The notes under the pieces are model-generated. The model did no database searches, was not told where the DNA came from, and worked only from the letters and a program-made list of their open reading frames with translations. This document shows, one piece after another, positions 52,812-64,000 of a stretch of DNA of 64,000 bases. Position 1 is the stretch's first letter; each line of letters opens with the position of its first letter. Origin of the DNA: Octopus vulgaris (Eukaryota); contig OX597827.1 in assembly GCA_951406725.2 (NCBI GenBank), forward strand, positions 58,590,001 through 58,654,000. The letters run 5' to 3'. The translations under genes were made by a program, and so were the position numbers.

Positions 52812-53234
52812 CAATGAGAAGTAATCTTTTAGTGTTTAATAAAACATTTGACAGGATTACCATAAACTGGGGGCGGGGAGCAAAAAAACAAAACAAAAAA
52901 AAAAACGAATTTATCTGACAACCCAATGTATCATCCTGGTAATAAAATTAAAAAAAGATGTTTTTCCTACATTATCAGTAACTCAGAATGGCCAAACAGA
53001 TAGAAGGAAGTTATCGCCAATAATAAAAGACGCCATTCTTTTCAGGAGCGCTAGTAAGAAAGGATCTTATCTTGAGTACTTTGTGGTAACAAATAGTTTT
53101 ACTGGTTCAGTTATGGACTGTTTTGAGGCGAGCGCTAGCACAGCTAGAGGGGGAGGCGGAAGGGGCTGTCCGCTCCGGGCAGCCCTTTAAAGAGGACGGC
53201 ACTACTTTTAGGTCTGCTATAGTCAATATGTATG

Positions 53235-53630
53235 TGGAGGCGCGTGGCTTAGTGGTTAAGGTGTCAGATTGTGGTTTCGATTCCTGGACCGGGCGACGCG
53301 TTGTGTTCTTGAGTAAAACACCTCAGTTTACGTTGCTCCAGTCCACTCAGCTGGCAAAAATGAGTAACGCTGCGATGGACTGGCGTCCCGTCCAGTTGGG
53401 GAACACATACACCATTGAAACCGGGAAACCGGGCCCATGAGCCTGGCTGGGCTTTAAAAGGGCGACTGGCTGGGCTTTAAAAGATGCTTTTCCTACATTA
53501 TCAGTAACTCAGAAGGGCCAAACAGATAGTAGGAAGTTATCGCCAATAATAAAAGGGACCATTCTCTTCAGGAATGCTAGTAAGAAAGGAAACCGGGTCC
53601 ATGAGCCTGGCTAGGCTTTAAAAGGGCGCA
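53235..53630 (+). mobile_element. SINE (C type) with rearranged tail
   Basis: Head ggaggcgcgtggcttagtgg. Tail is duplicated around a copy of upstream flank. Confidence 0.82.
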
Positions 53631-54165
53631 TTTTAATTTTTTTAGTCAATATGTACTTTTTTGTGGGGAGAGGCATATATAAGACTGGTTATAGATATCA
53701 TAGATATCAGTTGGAGTAAATAAATAGCATCAAATACATGACAAAATAAAGGAGGATGCATATCCTGAAGCACATATCGATATTCGGATTGAATAATTAT
53801 CGAGATTTTGGCAAAGAAGCTTTTAAAGCGGAAACTACATCGAAACAGATTGCAAAGAGTGCAGAAAAACAGGGAAAGGAGGAGATTTTAAACCAGGCTG
53901 GTAGGTATATAAATATATATTGAGCTTGACAAGGAAATTGAGCTTGATAAGGAAAGCCAAGAAAGCTTGAAAGAAACAAACCTCCTTCAACTGGATCAAC
54001 TGTTTGTCAAATATAACAGTGAATAAAGAATTATCTAGATCAGTGGCTCTCAACTGGGGGACATATGAAGGTCCATATAAAATTTTGTTGCTTAAGTGTA
54101 TATGCAACGCAATAAAAGGACTATACTTCAACGAGACACAAATTATTTTAGTAGTTTTTTTTTTA

Positions 54166-54537
54166 ATCTTTACCTTTTGACCGACAGATTAAAAAAATAA
54201 TTTTTTTTGTAACTAAACACTTTCAAACTTCGTTTACTTGTAGAATGTGCCACATAAAACATCTTTTACTCTTGGCGTTGTTGAGAAAATTCTACATTTT
54301 GGAAGTTATTTTTTGTTAAAGTTGTCATATTTCGGTAATTTCAACCAGTCAATGACGTATTCAGCTGAATAAAATTACTGTCGTTGTTTGTCAACAACAA
54401 CTATCGGCGGTGTATATTTCGTTTCTCACTGTTATTTATGACATCGTCCGTGCGTTTGTACAGGTTTTAGCTTTAAGGTTTTAGGGTTTTAGGGTTTAAA
54501 AATTATATTTTAAATCTGTCAGTCAAAAGGTAAAGAT
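54166..54537. mobile_element. MITE with ~35-bp TIRs nested in a hAT-type MITE (54041-54690)
   Basis: atctttaccttttgaccgacagatt / aatctgtcagtcaaaaggtaaagat. Host ends cagtggctctcaac / gttgagaaacaatg. Confidence 0.8.
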
Positions 54538-55348
54538 CGGTTTTGTTTTTAAATACAGTTCCTTATATTTAATTATAAAATTTAATAGGATTTTTTAAGC
54601 ATCAAATGGCTATGAGGGTCCACCAAAATAAAACTGGAATCAAAAGGGGTTCATAGGTAAAAAAAAGGCGGGGGGTTGAGAAACAATGGTCTAGACGCTA
54701 TACAACCGTACCTTTGCTAAAAGAACCAAATGCGCAGATGCTTCCAAATCATTTAGAATGATATAATCAATTCGTTAGCTCTTATGTAAGAGATTGTATT
54801 AAGTTAACAGTATATTAATTTCTTATGATTAAAACTGCAGATTCATACCACACTGACCAGGCCTTGTGTATATTCTGTGATTGGTAATAAAATCAAAAGG
54901 AGTTTCATTAAAGTGTGTGATGCAGAGTTTATAAATTGGTAGATAATTAGAAGGAATTCCGTGTCTTCTTTTTATTATTTTAAGAAATGGTTTACAGATA
55001 AAAAACACGAAGGATCAAGGGCTACGGTGGAGCTGTTAACATGATTGGATCGTATAAAGGGTCTCCAATCAAAGATTTTCTCCACAATGAAAAATCTTTA
55101 TGTAGTCACTCCTAAGCGCAATGCTTTCACCTTGTGTCTTTAGAAAGTGCAAAATCAACCCACCATTCTCTAATATAATGAGCTGGTATTACGTATGTTT
55201 AATCTCAGTTACTGCTTTGCGTATTTACTCACCAGATTTTCCTGGGCTGGCAGCTGAAATGTGCTACAAGTCGATAATTTTCAAGGATTTATTATAAAAG
55301 AAGCTTCCCTTCCCAGTCATGTCAACATTACCGTTCTTTTTGTATCTA

Positions 55349-55384
55349 GTGCTGATGAGGTCTAAGGGTTCGAAATACATACAC
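55349..55384 (+). ncRNA. Possible decayed hammerhead motif
   Basis: GTG-CTGATGA-ggtctaagggttc-GAAA-tacata-CAC. Stem II pairs poorly. Confidence 0.35.
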
Positions 55385-56196
55385 GTATCTGTCCAATAGA
55401 GGAACTCTCTGAGCTGACAATTGCGCTTTACACCAACTTTATTTTTTTGTCTCAAGCGAGAATTTTTTCTCCTTGACAAGCTGCAGTGAAAAGCCTTTTG
55501 CAGGTTTAAATATCACAAACGTATTTGAACTGGCCAAAGCTACATGTTCTTACGTGGTTAGAGCAGCGGACTCGCGGGTTCGAATCTCAGACCGGGCGAT
55601 GTGTGTGTGTTTATAAGCGAAACACCTAAGCACTACGCGGCTTTGGCAGAAAGTAATGGCGAACTTCTGCTGACTCTTTCGCCACAACTTCCTCTCACTC
55701 TTTCCTCCTGCACCTTGCAGCTCACCTGCGACGGACTGGCGCCAAGGAAACCGGGAAACCGGCCCTATGAGCTAGACGTGGCTCGAGAAGGAACAAACAT
55801 GTTTTTACAAACAAGTTACATACATTTTCTAAAGGTTTTCAAGAGATAGCTGATTTACTTTATGCAAAAGCTATACCATTTCAACATATTCGACATATTC
55901 CGTGCAAAAGCTATAAATGTACATACTGGTTTCAAATTTTGGCACAAGGCCAGCAATTTCGGGAGATGAGGTAAGTCGATCACATCTACCTCAGTGCTCA
56001 ACTGGTACTTATTTTATCGACCCCGAAAGGATGAAAAGCAAAGTCAACATCGGCGAAATTGAAGTATAAAGACGGATGAAATGCCGCAAAGCATTTTTAC
56101 CGGCGTGTTATCAATACTACCTTATCTAAATGTACACAATAATATTATTATTCACATTCACTGCAAATGCTTCTAAAGTACAATAATTCTTGTTAT

Positions 56197-56595
56197 AGGT
56201 GGCGAGCTGGCAGAATCGTTAGCACGCCGGGCGAAATGCTTAGCGGTATTTCGTCTGCGGTTACGTTCTGAGTTCAAATTCTGCCGAGGTCGACTTTGCC
56301 TTTCATCCTTTCGGGGGCGATTAAATAAGTACCAGTTACGCACTGGGGTCGATATAATCGACTTAATTCGTTTGCCTGTCCTTGTTTGTCCTCTCTGTGT
56401 TTAGTCCCTTGTGGGCAGTAAAGAAATAGGTATATCGTCTGCCGCTACGTTCTGAGTTCAAATTCCGCCGAGGTTGACTTTGCCTTTCATCCTTTCGGAG
56501 TCGATAAATTAAGTACCATTTGCGTACTGGGGTTGATCTAATCTACTAGCCCCTTCCCCCAAACTTTTGAACTTTATGCTTTAGAGTAGAAAAGA
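56197..56595 (+). mobile_element. SINE family B, full copy plus 5'-truncated tandem copy
   Basis: B core occurs twice. An inverted B copy lies at 55928-56110. Confidence 0.88.
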
Positions 56596-56815
56596 ATATT
56601 TCTTGTATAGACATAAGGAGGCATCAACAGATTTTGGCCTTCTGGATTTTCATCTATAATTTCAAATTATTTCTCTTTTGTGTCCTACTTACAGCAAGAA
56701 ATAAATACGTACAGTATAATAAGTATAAAGGTATAGAGGAATGTAATGGAATAATTAATAGTGGAATATAAGCAAACACATATAACGTATTAAATATATA
56801 TTGATGACACAGCGT

Positions 56816-56883
<68 letters not shown>

Positions 56884-56900
56884 GTTCATATATATATATA

Positions 56901-57131
56901 TAGGGTGTTCATAACTTATCTCTACAGCTTCCACAATTTATTGTATCTATTCAATTTGAGAGCCATCAATTTATCTCCTTTGCATGTTAAATAGATATTA
57001 TTAAAGTTTTAATTTATGTACTTTGTTTTAATATTTAAATCCCTTTCGTTTGTCTTCGAAGGTGTATTGTTATCCCTGGGTTTTAATGAAATTCAAAAGC
57101 CCAATTGTAAAGGTAATTTATGGACACCTTG
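56901..57131. mobile_element. Tc1-type MITE
   Basis: agggtgttcataacttatctctaca / tgtaaaggtaatttatggacacct imperfect TIRs, next to (TA)n. Confidence 0.65.
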
Positions 57132-57189
57132 CATATAAATATCGAACAATGAGAATGAGTGCTCAACACTGCATATGTAGATAAAAATT

Positions 57190-57373
57190 CTTTATTTCTG
57201 TATTAAGGCTGCTATTGGTTTCATGTTAAGAAAATATTTCACGACTCCTCATAATTTTTCATGTTTTAATCCAAAATGGAGATGCACATTAATTTTTCTA
57301 TGTGATTGGCCTGAAAAGAGTTGAGATATTTTCTTAACATGAAACTAATGGTAGCCTTAATAAACAAATAAAG
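57190..57373. repeat. Short fold-back with decayed hammerhead-like motifs
   Basis: Arms ctttattt...aaggctgctattggtttcatgttaagaaaatat / atattttcttaacatgaaactaatggtagcctt...aaataaag. Right arm reads GGC-CTGAAaA...GAAAC-taatg-GTA-GCC. Confidence 0.7.
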
Positions 57374-57963
57374 TATATATATATGAAATGGTTAAGTATT
57401 ACTCACAAAAAATATATATCTACAAATACACATGACATATTATATATATTGATTGATGATCAGCATTTTCAATTACGCTTACAACAGAAGAACGCTATTA
57501 TAATTAGGCTTTAGTAAAGTACATTAGCTTTCCAATTCTACACCACGTATTTCATTACAGATGATTAAGAACATTATTTTTGCTTCTGTATTTACCGGAC
57601 GAGGCTCATTACTTTGCTATTGCCACTTATAAGCTCAGACCAACATATTAAATAGTCTACAGCATATGTCTACAAATCTTTAATTTATACTTACATATTA
57701 TTCAATATTTAAACGCATATGTTGGAGAATATTGTGAATTATATTACCAAGTTAGATATCAATATAAATAAAATTGAAAATATTGTAAACAAAATCCAAT
57801 AATTCAACATTTTCGTGTCTTTTGAAAACTCACGCAATAAAATATGCCTTTTTATAAGCAATTTTATTGGTTTTCTTCAATTATATTTACATATAAAAAT
57901 TGCATTGAATTTAATGGAATTTGATATGTACAACAGCATGTAATTTAAATAGTTTAACATATA

Positions 57964-58377
57964 GTCGCAGGTGCAGCTATGTGGTAAAAAGCTTGCTTCT
58001 CAACCACATGGTTCCGGGTTCAGTCACGCTGCATAGCACCTTTGGCAAATGCCTTCTACTATAGCCTCGAGCTGACCAAAGCCTTGTGAATGGATTTGGT
58101 AAGACGGAAACTGAAAGTCATGATAGATCGCTAGCAACTACGCACATTTTTTTTCTCTCCTGGTTTCTTTCTGTGTTCCTTTCTGTGGAAGAGCGTAGGC
58201 TCGAAACGTTAAAGACTTTTTAAATTCCCGAGCGTTATACTAATACATCTGTTTGTTTTCTACACCACCTGTCTTCGTCTTTTTTTTTTTTTGTGAATTC
58301 TCCCTATGAGCGTCCAATAACACTATACTTGTTCCACGTCCTCGCGTTGTTGTGCTTTCTCTTTGTTCATGTTTGGA

Positions 58378-58432
<55 letters not shown>

Positions 58433-58642
58433 CTGTGTTTCTCCCCACTCCCATCACTACTTGACAACCAGTGTTGGAGTGTTTACACCACCGTAACTTA
58501 GCGATTCTATAAAAGAGAACGATAGAATAAGTACTAAGCTTAAGAAATAAGTCCTGGGTTCGATTTGTCTGACTAAAACCCTTCAAGGAGGTGCTCCAGC
58601 ATGGCCGCAGTCAAATGACGCAAACAAGTAAAAGAATAAAAG
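57964..58642 (+). mobile_element. SINE family A interrupted by a ~260-bp insert (58119-58380)
   Basis: Family A head to ggaaactgaaag, foreign insert, then (TA)n and family A tail. Confidence 0.85.
58179..58214 (+). ncRNA. Minimal hammerhead-like motif with variant core
   Basis: CTTT-CTGTGGA-A-GAGC(gtag)GCTC-GAAAC-GTT-AAAG. All stems pair; core has T at the conserved A6. Confidence 0.62.
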
Positions 58643-59034
58643 AATATATGTCACTACTAATAGCTACAGAGAACTGGATTTGCATACCATTAGTCTTTAA
58701 CACCTTATCTTATATCAGCGTCCCGTCAATGCTTGAGGTTTGTTACTTGCTGTCGACCAGAATATTGACAGGGGACCGAAATCCGTGATAGTTCCTTTAG
58801 TAGAGTCCATTTTGTTGCAAGCTTCGGAGCCTAATTACTCCTTTTTTTTTTTTCAACCAATCTCGGAAACCCGACACAAAGGTCTTGGGTGGTACCCTTT
58901 CTCGTCTGACTAAATAATTCTTTCAAATTTTGGCACAAGGCCAGCAGTTTTGGGGAGAGGGGAAGTCGCTTACATCGGCACCAGTGCTCAACTGGTTGTT
59001 ACTTTTATCGACAGCGGACGCATGAAAGTCGAAG

Positions 59035-60798
59035 TCAGAACGTAAAGAGCTGGAAGAAATGCTGCGAACCATTTTGTTCGAACTCAGAACGTAAAGAGCT
59101 GGAAGAGATGTTGCGAACCATTTTGTTTGAACTCAGAACGTAAAGAACTGGAAGAAATGTTGCGAACCATTTTGTTCGAACTCAGAACGTAAAGAGCTGG
59201 AAGAGATGTTGCGAACCATTTTGTTCGAACTCAGAACGTAAAGAGCTGGAAGAGATGTTGCGAACCATTTTGTTCGAACTCAGAACGTAAAGAGCTGGAA
59301 GAGATGTAGCGAACCATTTTGTTCGAACTCAGAACGTAAAGAGCTGGAAGAGATGTTGCGAACCATTTTGTTTGAACTCAGAACGTAAAGAGCTGGAAGA
59401 AATGTTGCGAACCATTTTGTTCGAACTCAGAACGTAAAGAGCTGGAAGAAATATCGCGAACCATTTTGTTCGAACTCAGAACGTAAAGAACTGGAAGAAA
59501 TGTTGCGAACCATTTTGTTCGAACTCAGAACGTAAAGAGCTGGAAGAAATATCGCGAACCATTTTGTTCGAACTCAGAACGTAAAGAACTGGAAGAAATG
59601 TTGCGAACCATTTTGTTTGAACTCAGAACGTAAAGAACTGGAAGAAATGTTGCGAACCATTTTGTTCGAACTCAGAACGTAAAGAGCTGGAAGAAATGTC
59701 GCGAACCATTTTGTTCGAACTCAGAACGTAAAGAACTGGAAGAAATGTTGCGAACCATTTTGTTCGAACTCAGAACGTAAAGAGCTGGAAGAAATGTCGC
59801 GAACCATTTTGTTCGAACTCAGAACGTAAAGAGCTGGAAGAGATGTTGCGAACCATTTTGTTCGAACTCAGAACGTAAAGAGCTGGAAGAGATGTGTTGC
59901 GAACCATTTTGTTTGAACTCAGAACGTAAAGAGCTGGAAGAGATGTTGCGAACCATTTTGTTCGAACTCAGAACGTAAAGAGCTGGAAGAGATGTAGCGA
60001 ACCATTTTGTTCGAACTCAGAACGTAAAGAGCTGGAAGAGATGTTGCGAACCATTTTGTTTGAACTCAGAACGTAAAGAGCTGGAAGAAATGTTGCGAAC
60101 CATTTTGTTCGAACTCAGAACGTAAAGAGCTGGAAGAAATATCGCGAACCATTTTGTTCGAACTCAGAACGTAAAGAACTGGAAGAAATGTTGCGAACCA
60201 TTTTGTTCGAACTCAGAACGTAAAGAGCTGGAAGAAATATCGCGAACCATTTTGTTCGAACTCAGAACGTAAAGAACTGGAAGAAATGTTACGAACCATT
60301 TTGTTCGAACTCAGAACGTAAAGAGCTGGAAGAAATATCGCGAACCATTTTGTTCGAACTCAGAACGTAAAGAACTGGAAGAAATGTTGCGAACCATTTT
60401 GTTCGAACTCAGAACGTAAAGAGCTGGAAGAAATGTCGTGAACCATTTTGTTCGAACTCAGAACGTAAAGAGCTGGAAGAAATATCGCGAACCATTTTGT
60501 TCGAACTCAGAACGTAAAGAACTGGAAGAAATGTCGTGAACCATTTTGTTCGAACTCAGAACGTAAAGAGCTGGAAGAAATATCGCGAACCATTTTGTTC
60601 GAACTCAGAACGTAAAGAACTGGAAGAAATGTTGCGAACCATTTTGTTCGAACTCAGAACGTAAAGAGCTGGAAGAAATGTCGTGAACCATTTTGTTCGA
60701 ACTCAGAACGTAAAGAGCAGGAAGAAATGTTGCGAACCATTTTGTTCGAACTCAGAACATAAAGAGCTGGAAGAAATGTCGTGAACCATTTTGTTCGA
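59035..60798. repeat. 49-bp minisatellite, 36 copies, inside a minus-strand SINE B (58922-60826)
   Basis: Unit gaactcagaacgtaaagagctggaagaaatgttgcgaaccattttgttc. SINE tail upstream and SINE head (ctaacgattctgctagctcgcc) downstream. Confidence 0.96.
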
Positions 60799-61044
60799 CA
60801 CACTAACGATTCTGCTAGCTCGCCACGTTCTTCTAACAGAATAATAATGGAAAAAAGTTCTTTCCATATAGAATCTTGGTATATATTTTCCCAAAAGCTA
60901 TGTGAACGGAGAACTGAGTTGCTCGTAGTCAACATGAATTGCTTATACATAATGCGAACTCACGACCAATGTCTTTGAATGATAGTTCACTATCTTATCC
61001 TCTCCCTTATTTTGTTTCGACACCTTTATTTCTCACATTGTTCT

Positions 61045-62090
<1,046 letters not shown>

Positions 62091-62359
62091 ACCGTTACAG
62101 CCACCTAAAACTCTGAATATTATATAAATTAATCAGAAAATTTTACGTCTTGAAAAATAGGTGAGGTTCACAGCATTCCGAAATGGAAGTTAATCGCAGA
62201 GCGAACGACCGAAACCTGCCAAATGCCAAATCCCCCATCAAACCAAGTGCACATATTTAGTGTATAAATTGCCTCGTAATTTATCCGTAAGCTATTCAAT
62301 GGCTGTTAATGGCTACTACAGGTTTTACCTGCGGAAGTGGATAGGTCGGTGGAGTCATC

Positions 62360-62990
62360 TTTGATTCTCTCTCTCTCTCTATTACATACCTATTTCTCTT
62401 TCGTTCTTTATCTCTCCCTTCCTTACTCTTTCTCTCTCTTTCATTCCCTCTCCCGTTCTCTCTCTCTCTTTCTCATTCTCTCTATCTCAGTTTCTCTCTC
62501 TCACTCATTCTCTTTCTTTCCTTGTCTTTCTCTCCCTCTCTTTCTTTATCTCACTGTTCTTTGTCTCTCCTACTCTCTCTCTCTCTCTTTCCCTACCACT
62601 CTTTCTCTCTCTTTCTCTCTCTCATTCTCTTTCTTTCCTTGTCTTTCTCTCCCTCTCTTTCTTTCTCTCACTGTTCTTTGTCTCTCCTACTCTCTCTGTC
62701 TTTCCCTATCACTCTTTCTCTCTCTCATTCTCTTTCTTTCCCTGTCTTTCTCTCCCACTCTTTCTCTCTCTCACTGTTCTTTGTCTCTCCTACTCTCTCT
62801 CTTTCCCTATAACTCTTTCTCTCTCTTCTTCTCTCTCTCTCTCATTCTGTTTCTATCCTTCTCCCTCTCTCTCTTTGTATCTCTTTGTCACTGTCTCTAT
62901 CTGCCACTATCTCTTTATCTCACTCTTTTTCTTATCCTTTCTCTCTCTTTTTCCCTTCCCTCTCTCTCTGTCTGCCTCTCTCTCTTTTTC
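62360..62990. repeat. CT-rich tract with about three ~115-bp internal repeats
   Basis: ctcactgttctttgtctctcctactctctc recurs near 62550, 62667, 62770. Confidence 0.85.
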
Positions 62991-63489
62991 CTGTATGCAC
63001 AGCTACGATAACTGGAGACACCCATGAAAGGCTTTTAATGACGTCCGTTCGAATGAGTAAGGAAAGAAAAAAAAACAACAACTAGGAAACATAACTTGGA
63101 GGGCAGCGGTTAACTAGCAACGTAGTAATGGCGGGATTCGATAAGATACGAACAGGCCGGTGCTAAGAAAAGTGGGGGCTGATTAGAAAATTGTCAAAAG
63201 CTGAAAAACTGAAAATGAATATCGCATTTAAAGACATTTTTCTAAAGTCATGGGTAAATCCGCTTGTCGCACGAAAAGATAAGAATCGTGTAGATATTTT
63301 TGCATGACGTAAAGGGTTTATCCTTTAGTACACTGCATTTTCTCTAGAATTGTCTCCCTTGCCACTGTCCTGTTACTACAGGGGAGAAAACTCATATGTT
63401 GACATGATGCGCCTACAGTGTGCTAAAGGTGAATTAATCATAGCATCCTCCACTCGAGCGTGTGCGAGGGGGGGTGTCTCTGTTGGCGC

Positions 63490-63705
63490 AGAGGGGAGTT
63501 TCTTGACGTGAGGATTTCTATTGGCGCGATGTTCACTCTTGGTGCGGGTGCATCTGTTGGTGCAGGGGTTTCTCTTGCAACGAGGATCTCTCTTGTCTCG
63601 GGAGTCTCTCTTCGTGCGGGGATCTCCGCTCTTGCCATGGAGGTTTCTCTTGGCATGAGAGTCTCTTTTGGCGCGGGGAATCCCTTTTGGCGCGAGGGTC
63701 TCTCT
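63490..63705. repeat. Degenerate ~18-bp GC-rich tandem repeat
   Basis: Units like tctctcttggcgcgagga. Minus-strand ORF shows xKRDxR periodicity. Confidence 0.65.
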
Positions 63706-64000
63706 TGAGGAAGGGCCCAATTTGAATAAATCTGTCAAACTAGCTTAAAACCAGCCCTATATGCGAATGCCATACTTCGTGCAAGAAAAAACAATCTACG
63801 CTAATGAAGAGAAATTCTTATTTACACGATTAATCACGTGTAAAACAAAATATAAGTACACCTCATCTAGAGAGAGAGGGGGGAGTCCAGTGTAATCCAT
63901 AGGCAGGAGAGGTGTAGCTGAAGTGTAGAAAGTCCAGTAGAAGCTGGAGAGTGATGAGAGGAGACAGAATCAACGACCATTCTGTCCGGCCTTCGCCATG

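Noticed and set aside
54463-54497. Interstitial telomere (ggttttag repeats)
   Set aside because: Only a few imperfect units inside a MITE, not (TTAGGG)n.
54850-55330. Penelope GIY-YIG coding remnant upstream of the 55349 motif
   Set aside because: Only faint peptide hints with stops and frameshifts; cannot be supported without a translated search.
59035-60798. CRISPR-like array
   Set aside because: Units are contiguous with no unique spacers, derive from a SINE, and there are no cas genes in this eukaryotic DNA.
63995-64000. Kozak-like gccATG at window end as a gene start
   Set aside because: No downstream sequence available to evaluate.

Overview
Eukaryotic, AT-rich, repeat-dense DNA, most likely from an octopus or related cephalopod (inferred from SINE families I recognise, not confirmed). 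The only credible protein-coding gene is the 3' end of dynactin subunit 1 (DCTN1/p150Glued): nine + strand exons with GT-AG introns between 1159 and 12848, ending in TGA. The rest is tRNA-derived SINEs, RTE and R4/Dong LINE fragments, mariner/Tc1/hAT/Helitron remnants, microsatellites and a 36-copy 49-bp minisatellite grown out of a SINE. Almost all other ORF-track entries are repeat artefacts. The most interesting signal is a recurring set of Penelope/retrozyme-type minimal hammerhead ribozyme motifs (6473, 8105, 33554, 46158/47207, 55349, 57308, 58179). Several sit in fold-back elements, including a tRNA-headed, hammerhead-tailed element and a near-perfect 1.2-kb palindrome. A possible HDV-like fold lies in a duplicated ~195-bp element. 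A shift in CpG decay near 28 kb suggests a very long DCTN1 3' region. All structures were paired by eye; nothing was computed or searched.
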